A stretch of DNA of 46,296 nt from Chthonomonadaceae bacterium (GTDB lineage: Bacteria > Armatimonadota > Chthonomonadetes > Chthonomonadales > Chthonomonadaceae): NCBI GenBank assembly GCA_035650735.1, contig DASRGZ010000218.1:1-46296 (forward strand), read 5' to 3'. Shown piece by piece: positions 17,575-26,390 of this stretch (positions are counted from its first letter, which is position 1; each line of letters opens with the position of its first letter). The position numbers and the translations under genes are program-made. Below the pieces are notes generated by a model that saw nothing but the letters and a program-made list of their open reading frames with translations, did not search any database and was not told where the DNA came from.

Positions 17575-17679
17575 AACCCAAGTTGCTACCTAGGAACACG
17601 TTTGAGAGAGAATCGCTCTGGAAACCGGCTTTTGCATCACCGTTTGCCTTCTCGAAGAGGCAAGGTAGCAACTTGGGTT
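17575..17679. mobile_element. 105-bp MITE, copy 2 (inverted relative to copy 1)
   Basis: Perfect 16-bp TIR AACCCAAGTTGCTACC; 4-bp TSD AGAC (17571-17574 and 17680-17683). Confidence 0.92.
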
Positions 17680-17716
17680 AGACACTCTGAGGGAGTAGGC
17701 AGGGTCCGTACTCCTG

Positions 17717-17763
17717 AAAAAAGGCCGCTCAGTCTTCTCACACTGGAAAACGGAGCGGCCTTT
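17717..17763 (-). terminator. Terminator of the T2SS-like operon (possibly bidirectional)
   Basis: AAAAAAGGCCGCTC...GAGCGGCCTTT. Confidence 0.7.
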
Positions 17764-17790
17764 CTTTATTCCCTAAACTGCTGCCTTATC

Positions 17791-20421
17791 TCAGGGCTGC
17801 GTTTTAGGCGCTTCCTTCCCAGGCTTGGAGACCTCTGTGGGCTTGGCTCCCTCTACAGGCGGCTTGGCTTCGGCGTTTCCAGGCGCGACTCCATCCGTCG
17901 AAGGCTTGGGCAGAGACTGGCGATACTTATTGATCTTGTCTTGCAATCCCTTTTCAAGTTGTGACTCTGTCTGCGCGCGAAGCTTGCGTGCCTCATCGGC
18001 ATCCCGAACCACATGCGGGGTCAGGAAGACCAGCAGCTCCGTCCTGTTCTTCTGCGTGCTCTTCGACTTAAACAGGTTACCGATCAAGGGAATATCGCCG
18101 AGCAGCGGAATTTTATTCGTCGTTGTCGTGGACTGGTTCTGGATGATACCACCCAGGACGACCGTCTCGCCATCTTTGACGCTCACGGTCGTTTGCGCCT
18201 CGCGCTGGTTGACGACCGGCGCATTGAAGTCCGTGTAACGCACAAAGTCATTGGCGGTCTGCGTCACGTCCATCGTCACATAGCCGTTGGACGTAATGCG
18301 CGGCGTCACGGTGAGAATGATGCCCACGTCGAGGAATGAGTAGTTGTAGAAGAAGGCTCCGTTCGTATCTACCGTCTGGTTGGTGACGTAGGGCAGGCTC
18401 TGGCTGATGTTGATCTCTGCCGGGGCGTTGTTGCTGGTAAAGATGCGCGGGGTGCTCAGCACCTGGAACCGGCTGTCGGTCTGAAGCGCCTGTAGAAACA
18501 CCTGATACTGATCGCCGGTCAGCGTGTAGCGCAAGCCCTGCGGTTGCGATGTATCCGCCTTTAGCCCGAAGGAGGAACTTCCCACCGATTGCCCCCAGGT
18601 GAAGTTCCATTCGACGCCGAGCTTACTGGCGGCATCGAGGCTCGCCTCGACAATGAGCGTCTCGATCATGACCTGCTCCGGAATCCGGTCGAGTTGGCCG
18701 ATGATCCGCTCGATAATCTGCCGATTTTCCGGCGGGGTAACGATGATGACGCTGTTGGTATTGACGTCCGGGACCGCCTGCACCTGGCCCGTGAGGTCCC
18801 GAATATTAACGATCTGGCCGGTGGCGCTGTCGAATCCAAGCGCTGGCATATTCTGCTGCTGAGGACGGAACAGGCCGCCCCCTCCGCCGCCGAAGCGGAA
18901 GGGATTATTCGGATTCTGGGCTAACTGGGCGACGGGGGGGGCTTGCTGGCGTGTGGCGGCCCCCTCGCTCGCCTGTGGCTGCGGCTCGGCGGCGCGGGTC
19001 GTCTGCTCCCCGTTCGGCTCCGGCACCGAACGTCCGAACCCGTTGTTTCCGTTCAGGCTGGGAGGGCGGTTGTTGCCGGGATTATTGAAGTTGTTATTCC
19101 GGCGCTGCGTGCCGTACTGCGAGGGATTGGTCAGCGAACCGCCCAGCAACTGCGTGTTGGTCAGCCCGTTGCGGCTGTTGAACGACTGGTTGAGAAGCTG
19201 CGCGATAACGTCCGCCCGCGCATTTTGCAGGGTGACAACAAACGTGCTGTTGGCATAATCTATGGGCTTGTCCAGCTTCTCGATAACTTGCTGGACGATC
19301 AGCAGGTTTTCCGGCGTTGCCGTCACGACCAGGGAGTTGGTGCGCGCATCCGCCACGACCGTTCCAAAGGCGGCCTGCGCCGAACCGAACCGCGCCGCCT
19401 GCTGGAACCGCTGATCAATGGGCACGTTCTGCATCCCCATACCGCCGCGCCCACGCGGCATATTGCTGACGAGGACATTTTGCACCACAGGAGCGAGGTC
19501 GTTCGCGTTGGCATAGCGCAGATTGAAGACGCGGGATTGCTGCGGCTGCTCCGTCTGCTTATCTATCTGCTCGATAATGCGGGCAATCTGCTCGTGAAAC
19601 CGGCTGGGCGCATTGACGATCACCGAATTGCTGAAATCGTCGGCGGAGGCTTTCACCAGGGAGGTCTGGGCCGCGCCGCCTCGCCCGCGCCCGAAGCCGC
19701 CGAAGCCGCCTCGGCCTCCTCCAAATCCGCCGCCGCGACCACGCCCCTGACCTCCGCCGCCAAAGCCGCCACCGCCGCCTCCGAACTGGCCTACCGGCGT
19801 GATACCGCCATCGCTGCCCGCATCGCCCAGGCTACCGCCACCGCCGAAGCCGCCAAACCCCGTGTCGTCGGTGATGCCGGCAAATACGTCGTTGATGACG
19901 CGGGCCACCTGCGTCGCGTTGGCATATTTGATGGTATAGACGCGCAGCAACAGTTGCGAGGGGCGTCCGCCGCCCGCTCCAAATTGGCCCGGCGCAAAAC
20001 CGCCGCCTCGCCCGCCCGCGCCTCGCTGCGGGCGGGGCCGAATGATAAGGAAATTTCCCTCCTTGATGAGCTCGAAGTTCCTCAGATTCAAGGCCGCATT
20101 CAGCATCGCGAACGCGTTCGTCAGCGATAGCGGGCGCGGGCTCTGGAGGGTAATAGCGCTCGTGAGGCTGGGGTCTTTGATGATCGGCACGCCGCTTGCC
20201 TGGCTGAGCTTTTGCAGAACGGCGTCCACGCTGGCGTTCCGAAAGTCGAGCGTGATGCGCGTGTTGGGATTGAGCTTGAACTGTTCCCACACCGGCGTCT
20301 CCGGTTCCCGATCCAAGCTATTCGGGAAATCTATCTGCCCGAAGGCAGGGACTGCCATCAGGAACGTGGCAGCCAGGGTAATATAGAAGCGCTGTGCGTT
20401 CATGGTTGATTTCGCCTTCAT
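17791..20421 (-). CDS. gspD: Type II secretion secretin GspD
   Basis: Signal peptide; N0 domain (LDFRNAS); repeated N domains (IKYANA, LRYANA, LQNARA ... DARTNSLVV); QVMIETLIVE, LSTPRI, DVGIILTVTPRI, VKDGETVVLGG, IPLLGDIPLIGNLF, TELLVFLTPHVV. Start could be 20403. Confidence 0.93.
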   Translation of the reverse strand: MKAKSTMNAQRFYITLAATFLMAVPAFGQIDFPNSLDREPETPVWEQFKLNPNTRITLDFRNASVDAVLQKLSQASGVPIIKDPSLTSAITLQSPRPLSLTNAFAMLNAALNLRNFELIKEGNFLIIRPRPQRGAGGRGGGFAPGQFGAGGGRPSQLLLRVYTIKYANATQVARVINDVFAGITDDTGFGGFGGGGSLGDAGSDGGITPVGQFGGGGGGFGGGGQGRGRGGGFGGGRGGFGGFGRGRGGAAQTSLVKASADDFSNSVIVNAPSRFHEQIARIIEQIDKQTEQPQQSRVFNLRYANANDLAPVVQNVLVSNMPRGRGGMGMQNVPIDQRFQQAARFGSAQAAFGTVVADARTNSLVVTATPENLLIVQQVIEKLDKPIDYANSTFVVTLQNARADVIAQLLNQSFNSRNGLTNTQLLGGSLTNPSQYGTQRRNNNFNNPGNNRPPSLNGNNGFGRSVPEPNGEQTTRAAEPQPQASEGAATRQQAPPVAQLAQNPNNPFRFGGGGGGLFRPQQQNMPALGFDSATGQIVNIRDLTGQVQAVPDVNTNSVIIVTPPENRQIIERIIGQLDRIPEQVMIETLIVEASLDAASKLGVEWNFTWGQSVGSSSFGLKADTSQPQGLRYTLTGDQYQVFLQALQTDSRFQVLSTPRIFTSNNAPAEINISQSLPYVTNQTVDTNGAFFYNYSFLDVGIILTVTPRITSNGYVTMDVTQTANDFVRYTDFNAPVVNQREAQTTVSVKDGETVVLGGIIQNQSTTTTNKIPLLGDIPLIGNLFKSKSTQKNRTELLVFLTPHVVRDADEARKLRAQTESQLEKGLQDKINKYRQSLPKPSTDGVAPGNAEAKPPVEGAKPTEVSKPGKEAPKTQP

Positions 20422-21056
20422 TATCTTGGCCCGCCTTGTCTCTGGGCGCGCGGTGGTGGAGCGGTCGGGATGCCGCCGGGAGGCGCCGAAGCCCCCGGTA
20501 CGGCAGGATTGGGGGCAGCTGCGCCCGTGCCCGGCGCAGGCGTCGGAGCGATCTCAGGAAAGGTCAGGCGTGCCTGCTGCCCCTGGGCGTTGACGAACAC
20601 CACGGCATCCGACCCGATGGAGGCCACACGCAGGCCGTTCCAGACGTCGCCTACTTTCACGAATTGGATCTCCTTTGTCGCGCTGTTTTCCAGCAGGGCG
20701 CTTTGCACGCCGTCGAGCGCGCTGATTCCCGTCAGCGTCCAGGTGCCGTCCTTGCCGTTCAAGGCGATCCCTCCGTTGACGAGCGGGGTCTTCTTGGGCG
20801 CGGCTTGCTTTGCCTTATCGGATGCCTTGTGCGGCACGATGAGCGGCTGGAACGCGTTCCGCCCCTGGGCTCTGTAGCGGGCAAAGTGGGCGGTATAATC
20901 CTCTTTCGTGAAGCCGCCCGCCTCAACGACAGCCGTTTTCGTGCTGCGGGCCGCGCGTTTACGGGCCGGCGTGTCCGGTTCCGTGAGGATCACCGCCGTA
21001 TAGGCGATAGCTCCCACAATGGCTATATAGAGAATCGGGCGACTGATTTTAGCCAT
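20421..21056 (-). CDS. Membrane-anchored protein, GspC/PilP-like by position
   Basis: N-terminal TM segment; LTGI...ALLEN...VKVGD..G..V.SI small beta domain; Pro-rich tail; translationally coupled to gspD. Confidence 0.6.
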   Translation of the reverse strand: MAKISRPILYIAIVGAIAYTAVILTEPDTPARKRAARSTKTAVVEAGGFTKEDYTAHFARYRAQGRNAFQPLIVPHKASDKAKQAAPKKTPLVNGGIALNGKDGTWTLTGISALDGVQSALLENSATKEIQFVKVGDVWNGLRVASIGSDAVVFVNAQGQQARLTFPEIAPTPAPGTGAAAPNPAVPGASAPPGGIPTAPPPRAQRQGGPR

Positions 21057-21618
21057 GTACGGACCTTCTGGTATTTTGTTGCGTTGTCGGCTCTGTCGAT
21101 TCGGTATAGGCCGAGATGCCCACCGTAGCTGTCACCATGCTCGATGCCGCATCGGACGCGGCGATCTGAACCGAGCGCAGCACCAGCTTGTTGCCGGGAT
21201 GATCCAGAAACTCAAGCATTGCGCGGACAACCGGATACGGCCCGGAAATCTGGACGCTGTAGGGCAGTTCGGTCACTCCCGGAACCTGCTGCGGCCTCTG
21301 CGGGCGGAATGCGGTCAGTTTCAACGCCTGCCGGTTCGCCTGCTCGGTCAGCTTTGCCAGCACGGCGGCGGTGATCGTTTCGGCGTTTCCCCGCCAGATT
21401 CTGGCCGCCACCTGCTTCTGCGCCTGCTGCGTCTGCTTCCGGGTGGCCGCAATTTCGTCTTCTATCTTCTGACGACTCAATGCGCGCCCTTTGGCAAGTC
21501 CCGCCGCGCTGGGCGGCGGAACGAAGAGCATATAGGCGAGCGTGCCCGCCAGGATCACAATTGAGAGCAGAATGAGCGCGCTCGGCGCTCTCTCTTCCGG
21601 CTGCTTAAAGTTAATCAC
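21049..21618 (-). CDS. GspM/PilO-like inner-membrane platform protein
   Basis: TM + coiled coil + ELPYSVQISGPY...LEFLD ferredoxin-like domain; overlaps its neighbours. Confidence 0.75.
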   Translation of the reverse strand: MINFKQPEERAPSALILLSIVILAGTLAYMLFVPPPSAAGLAKGRALSRQKIEDEIAATRKQTQQAQKQVAARIWRGNAETITAAVLAKLTEQANRQALKLTAFRPQRPQQVPGVTELPYSVQISGPYPVVRAMLEFLDHPGNKLVLRSVQIAASDAASSMVTATVGISAYTESTEPTTQQNTRRSVHG

Positions 21619-22943
21619 TGTTCGGTTCTCGGTTCCGTTGCCGTCCCGCCCGGCTCTGCGGCGGGCCTGGCGCGCCTTCTGGCGCCTTTTCCGGTCTGTT
21701 TCGCGGGCGTCGGCAGGGGAAGATTGCCGATCCCGGTCGCCGTCACATTGAACTGAACGACGGGCGTCTTCTCGATCTTGCCGCTATTGGCGAAGACGAT
21801 TTTAACGTCGCGGAATCGGGCGGTAGCGCTGAGCGCCTGCACATAGCGCGAGACATCCTCGGCGGTCCGGGCCGTGCCGCGAATCTGGAGCGTCTTGCCG
21901 CGCTCCACCGTCAGCCCCGTCAGCCAGGTGTTCGCCGGAAGGCTGTCGCCGACGACCGATACGAGATCGCTTAACGGCTGTGCGGGCTGAAAGGCGCGTG
22001 CGAGCGTCGCCTGCATGGTAGTAACTCGCTGCGCCTTGCTCGTTTCGGAGGTGCGGATAGCGCGCAGTTTCCTGAGCTCTCTGGCCCAGGTCGCCTGTCC
22101 GCGCTGCACGACCGCCATCTCGTCGCTGCGATCCGCCCAGATCAGTACGTCGAGCAGGACCGCCGCGATGACCATGAGCGCCGCCAGGCGCATTTTTTTG
22201 CCAATGCGCTGCTTCGCCTCGCGTTCGCGCTCTTCGGCCAACTCAAAGTGGAACGGCGGCGCTTCGTCCAGAAACATTAACGCGGAGCCTTGCGTCGGCA
22301 GCGCCTCCGGCAAGACCACGCCCCCCGTCGCGAGCAGGGGCAGGCTTCCGGCGCTCGCCGCCGCCAGCGTGCGCTGCGCTTCGCATAGGGGATCGCTGTC
22401 ACTGGGAGCGAGTCGGCTGAAGCGGAGGCTGCCGCCCTGCACCACGTCGAGCGCCAGGCCGCCGGAGGCGTTTTCGAGGACGAGCGCATCGGTCCGCCCA
22501 GCGCGCGCCGCCACGACCGGCGCTCCCAGGGAGATAGGCAGGATGCGCGTCGCCGTCAGGCCCGCCTGTTGCAAGTCGCGGCGAAGCTGCTTTAAGTCCT
22601 CCGCGCGCATGGCCGCGACGAGGGTCAGGCAGCCTTCCCCCGTCTGATCCGCCGTCTGGAGAAAGTCGAACGCTAGCTGCTGTGGCGGCAGCGGAAAGAA
22701 CTGGGCGATCTGCACGTTAAGAATCCGCCGCAGGTCGTCCGGGGTCGCCTTGGGCAGGCGCAGCGCTTTCAGAAACACGGCGTTGCGCCCAACGCCAACA
22801 AGCGCGTGCCGGTGCTTGCTCACCAGGGAGCTCAGATCCGACAGGCGAATTCCTGAAGCGGACTCTCCGGTGGCGACGTTGATCGCCTGGACCCAACCGG
22901 GCGTCCACTCGATATGCAGCGACGTAACGGCTTTCTTACTCAC
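21615..22943 (-). CDS. GspL-like (PilM-like cytoplasmic plus PilN-like periplasmic) protein
   Basis: Actin-like N-half (LRLPKA...FFPLP...FDF), one TM, coiled coil, LPANTWLTGL...LQIRGTA...YVQALS PilN-like motif. Confidence 0.75.
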   Translation of the reverse strand: MSKKAVTSLHIEWTPGWVQAINVATGESASGIRLSDLSSLVSKHRHALVGVGRNAVFLKALRLPKATPDDLRRILNVQIAQFFPLPPQQLAFDFLQTADQTGEGCLTLVAAMRAEDLKQLRRDLQQAGLTATRILPISLGAPVVAARAGRTDALVLENASGGLALDVVQGGSLRFSRLAPSDSDPLCEAQRTLAAASAGSLPLLATGGVVLPEALPTQGSALMFLDEAPPFHFELAEEREREAKQRIGKKMRLAALMVIAAVLLDVLIWADRSDEMAVVQRGQATWARELRKLRAIRTSETSKAQRVTTMQATLARAFQPAQPLSDLVSVVGDSLPANTWLTGLTVERGKTLQIRGTARTAEDVSRYVQALSATARFRDVKIVFANSGKIEKTPVVQFNVTATGIGNLPLPTPAKQTGKGARRRARPAAEPGGTATEPRTEQ

Positions 22944-24293
22944 TTAGCCGGCCCCCGCATCTATGGTTGAAGTCGGCTCCTCCTGCCAGTCCCACCAGGC
23001 AGGAGGGCCTGCGGTATTCACGCGATCCCATGTTTTTATCTGCACCTCTCCGTTGCTCAAGGTGACTTCCGCCTCGACGGCGACCCCGACTCCGCCGCTC
23101 TCCCCGTAGGCCCGCACGATCCAGGTATCGCTGCCGATGGCAGCGACATTGGCGATCTGTCCCAGAAGCGCGCCGGAGACTCCCGGCACGGTCGTCAGGT
23201 CGCTCAGGGCATTGAAGCCGCTCGCCTGCCGGGAAACGATGTTGGCGGCGATGTCCGGCGTCACGTTCGGAACGGTTTGCAGCACGGCTTGCGAGGCCGT
23301 ATTCAGATTGAGTTTTCCGGTGACGCGGTTCCCATTCGTCACGGTCACATTATCCAGAAGCAGACGTATCGTCTGCCCGTTCAGGCCGGGCTGCGACAGG
23401 AGCGCGCTGAACGAAGGGTAGGGCGCGCGGCTCACGATCTGTGCGGCGATGTTGGGAGTCAGGCCCAACCGAATGAGGGCCGCCGGACTGACTCCGCGCT
23501 GTCCGAGATTCAAGCGCGGCTGTCCGTTGGCGCGCGTGTTCGGCGCGCCGTTGTCCACGGTGATCAGGCTGGCTAACGGCAGCGGATTGCCTTCGGCGTC
23601 TTCGGGCAGGGGCGCGGAAGAGACGCTATCCGATAAAGGCGCATAGAGCGCCTTGGCCGTCCAGTTCTTGATGAGCAGCAGCTCGCTGACGGTCGTCAGG
23701 CGGCCCAGTTTGACGTGATATGGCTCCTGGAGGTTCAGGTAGTAGTCGTCCTTCGCCCCATCGGGCCGGGGCTGGAGACTCGTCTCGCGCCAATCAAGCA
23801 GGCAATCTATCATCTCCTGCGTGATCGGCAGGAGGCTGAGCTGCTGCGCCGTCGCCTGATTGATATTGATAAGCGACCCTGCATCTACGATCTGGAGCCG
23901 AAACGTCGCGTCTCCCAGGTCAAACTCCTGATTGCCGTTGTCCCCCAGCAGCGCCCAATCGTCGTGCAAGGTGACGAGGTTGGGGTTGGCCGTCTGCAAA
24001 ACCGCCACCGCCCGCGCCAGCGCCGACTGTACGGCGGCCTCTGCGCGGCGGCGGCGCAGCCGGGACTGAATGTCCTCCAGGGAGGCGCGCTGGTTGGCTG
24101 CCAGGATCGCCATCAGCGCGACCAGGCCCGCGATCACCACCAGCGCCTCCACCAGGATAAATCCCCGCTCTCCCCGTTTACCTAACCCCCCGTCCCCCTT
24201 CCCTGCGAGGGAAGGGGGTGACCCGGCTTCTGCTCTCCCCTCTCCCGCAGCGTGGGAGAGGGGGCAGGGGGTGAGGGCCACTTGCCTTCTCAT
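22944..24293 (-). CDS. gspK: Minor pseudopilin GspK with helix-hairpin-helix repeats
   Basis: ERG|FILVEAL prepilin site; DAGSLININQA, LLDWRE, GAKDDYY, SELLLIK, KLNLNTAS..VL..VP. The leader is extended by an in-frame repeat element. Confidence 0.85.
   Translation of the reverse strand: MRRQVALTPCPLSHAAGEGRAEAGSPPSLAGKGDGGLGKRGERGFILVEALVVIAGLVALMAILAANQRASLEDIQSRLRRRRAEAAVQSALARAVAVLQTANPNLVTLHDDWALLGDNGNQEFDLGDATFRLQIVDAGSLININQATAQQLSLLPITQEMIDCLLDWRETSLQPRPDGAKDDYYLNLQEPYHVKLGRLTTVSELLLIKNWTAKALYAPLSDSVSSAPLPEDAEGNPLPLASLITVDNGAPNTRANGQPRLNLGQRGVSPAALIRLGLTPNIAAQIVSRAPYPSFSALLSQPGLNGQTIRLLLDNVTVTNGNRVTGKLNLNTASQAVLQTVPNVTPDIAANIVSRQASGFNALSDLTTVPGVSGALLGQIANVAAIGSDTWIVRAYGESGGVGVAVEAEVTLSNGEVQIKTWDRVNTAGPPAWWDWQEEPTSTIDAGAG
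24180..24278. repeat. REP-like element inside the gspK coding sequence
   Basis: About 99 bp homologous to intergenic 1454-1569; translated as ALTPCPLSHAAGEGRAEAGSPPSLAGKGDGGLG. Confidence 0.8.
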
Positions 24294-25039
24294 GGGGCTC
24301 CTCCTGCGCTTCCCTGGATGGTCACCGGGTTCTGCGCCGTCACGTCGCTGGCCGGAATGGGCACGACAAAGACGTTGACCGTGTTATCACGTGCGCCCCG
24401 CAGGGTATAGCTCACTTTGACCGCCGCAGGCAGCCGCCGCGTGTCGTTGAGGGTATCCCACGTATCCACCCATTCCAGCCCGTCCCAGAACTGAAAGCCC
24501 ATGCGCTCCACTTCAGGCGCGAGCAGCGATTCCAGGCCGCCCTGCGTTGGGTCGCCGTCGCTCGGACGCTGGATGCGCTCGAACAATCCCGTTTGGTCGC
24601 CAGCATCGCCTACCGGAGTCGTGCTGTAAGAGACCTCCGCCACGCCGCCTATCGGCCCATAGGCATTGTGCTGCGTCTCGAAGTCGTCGCCACTCAACTG
24701 CGCGGCCATCGGCACGCCGGGCGCGATAGTCGTGAACGTCAACTGGTCGCAGCCGAGATCGCCGTTATCGCTCTGGCCGGTCGCCTCGCCCACGAAGAAA
24801 GTCGTGGTGTCCGTCGCCGTGTCCGTCAGCTTCGCGCCCTGGAGCATCCGGGTAATGCGCTGCTGCATGGCCTCGGTCCGGTTTTGCGCGGCCCGGCGCA
24901 CGGCCTGCGTGCGCTGTAAGTCCAGACCGGCCACGAAAGCGTATCCGATGGCCACCGTCAGCGTCGCCGCCAGCGCCATCGCGAACACCAGCTCAAGCAG
25001 GGTCAGGCCCACGCGATTGTGCCTGCGCCTGCGGGTCAT
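24290..25039 (-). CDS. gspJ: Minor pseudopilin GspJ-like
   Basis: RVG|LTLLEL prepilin motif; C-terminal FQFWDG..WVDTWD...LPAAVKV. Confidence 0.82.
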   Translation of the reverse strand: MTRRRRHNRVGLTLLELVFAMALAATLTVAIGYAFVAGLDLQRTQAVRRAAQNRTEAMQQRITRMLQGAKLTDTATDTTTFFVGEATGQSDNGDLGCDQLTFTTIAPGVPMAAQLSGDDFETQHNAYGPIGGVAEVSYSTTPVGDAGDQTGLFERIQRPSDGDPTQGGLESLLAPEVERMGFQFWDGLEWVDTWDTLNDTRRLPAAVKVSYTLRGARDNTVNVFVVPIPASDVTAQNPVTIQGSAGGAP

Positions 25040-25410
25040 TGTCCGGCGCTCCCGGCAAGCGGCGGAACGTAGATCAGCTCTTTGAGCGATTGCGAGTAGT
25101 CGCCCTGCGTCGCCGTCACCTGCACTTCGTCTACGTTCTCCGCGCCGCTCGGCTGCACGGTCAGCGTCCAGGTGATCTCCGGGTGGCCCTGCTCCGAGAA
25201 GTCGCCTCTGTCGTCGAGGGTGCGCGGGTCTTCGGTGGCGCGCAGCTCCTCCAGCTTCTGCTGGGCAAGCGCTTGCAATAGGTCGGCCCGGCGTGCCCGG
25301 ATATCGGCGGCAGCCAGGGCGCGCAGCCCGTGCATCGCGCCCACGAGCGCCACGCTGACCAGCAGAATCGTCACCAGGACTTCTATTAACGTAAAGCCGC
25401 GCCTAGCCAC
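25036..25410 (-). CDS. gspI: Minor pseudopilin GspI-like
   Basis: GTG start overlapping the upstream stop, with a GGGGGAG RBS; RRG|FTLIEVLV; LAQQKLEEL. The longer ORF-track N-terminus is out-of-frame gspH sequence. Confidence 0.8.
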   Translation of the reverse strand: MARRGFTLIEVLVTILLVSVALVGAMHGLRALAAADIRARRADLLQALAQQKLEELRATEDPRTLDDRGDFSEQGHPEITWTLTVQPSGAENVDEVQVTATQGDYSQSLKELIYVPPLAGSAGQ

Positions 25411-25957
25411 GCTGCTCAAGCTCCCCCGCCTGCCATCGGTCGTCATTCGTGTCCGGCAGCGCGCCCTCACTCCAGCGTCCCTCCCCGGACTGCGACAACA
25501 CGAGCGATTTGATGGCCGTTCCCTCGCTGAACTCCAATCCGCCGGAATCCGCCGATCCATCCGGATACACCGTCCACTGCCACGAAGCCAGGTCCCGTGT
25601 CTCGCTGCCCAGACGCGCGCGCGTGACCTGGATCGTGTTTCCCAGCGCGATACGCTTGAACTCCTGTAGGTCTCCCGCCTCCGACAGCCGTGCCAGGACG
25701 AGCACATCGCCCTCCACGCGGAGTGCCACCGGCCTCTGGCTGCGCCGCGCCTCGTTGCGCGCCTCGACCGGAGCGCGCTGGATCGCCGCTTCCACCGCAT
25801 ACACGCTGCGGGACCGGGTGAGCGCGACCATGTTAGGCACGATGTAGGCAGCCATGAGGATCAAAACGATCGTGATAACGACCATTTCGATCAGCGTAAA
25901 GCCGCGGCGCGCAGCGCGCCCGGAGTCGGCAGAGATCGGCACGACGAGACGGCACAT
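25403..25957 (-). CDS. gspH: Minor pseudopilin GspH/FimT-like
   Basis: RRG|FTLIEMVV; ARNEA; YPDGSADSG. Confidence 0.8.
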   Translation of the reverse strand: MCRLVVPISADSGRAARRGFTLIEMVVITIVLILMAAYIVPNMVALTRSRSVYAVEAAIQRAPVEARNEARRSQRPVALRVEGDVLVLARLSEAGDLQEFKRIALGNTIQVTRARLGSETRDLASWQWTVYPDGSADSGGLEFSEGTAIKSLVLSQSGEGRWSEGALPDTNDDRWQAGELEQRG

Positions 25958-25961
25958 GGCG

Positions 25962-26390
25962 TCAATCGCTGGTTATGTCTGCGGCGTCGCCATCACCGCC
26001 CGGCGCACCGTCCGCCCCGTAGGAGATGATCAGGAAGTCCTGTCCGTCCGGGCCGGGCGCCTGGTAGTCGTACTCGTTGCCCCATGGGTCGGTGGGAATA
26101 TCCTTGCTCGTGTAGGGGCCGCGCCAGTTGGGGCAATCGCTCGGCTGCACCCGCAGCGCGTTCAGGCCCTCCTCGGTTGTCGGAAACCGGTCGTTGTCTA
26201 TGCGGAACTGCTGGAGAAGGCTGCTGAGCGTGGCGATGTCGCTGGCAGCTTTGGCGCGCTTGGCGTCGCTGGTGCGCCCGACCACGCGCGGGACGATCAA
26301 CGCTGCCAGGATCGCTAGAATCAGAATGACGACCAGCAGCTCGATCAGCGTAAACGCACGACGTTTGCGAGAAAGAAGAATCATGTTCAT
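25962..26390 (-). CDS. gspG: Major pseudopilin GspG
   Basis: RRA|FTLIELLVV...IVP; FPTTEEGLNAL; NWRGPY; DPWGNEY; SYGADGAPGG. Confidence 0.95.
   Translation of the reverse strand: MNMILLSRKRRAFTLIELLVVILILAILAALIVPRVVGRTSDAKRAKAASDIATLSSLLQQFRIDNDRFPTTEEGLNALRVQPSDCPNWRGPYTSKDIPTDPWGNEYDYQAPGPDGQDFLIISYGADGAPGGDGDAADITSD

Noticed and set aside
19670..19860. GCC-rich tandem-like repeats in gspD
   Set aside because: They simply encode Gly/Phe-rich low-complexity linkers and are not a separate DNA element.
25411..25800. Long N-terminal extensions given by the ORF track for gspI (also gspF 27611-27688, methyltransferase 15394-15633, DUF4038 41419-41595)
   Set aside because: They overlap other genes or promoters. 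Downstream starts have RBSs and family-typical N-termini.
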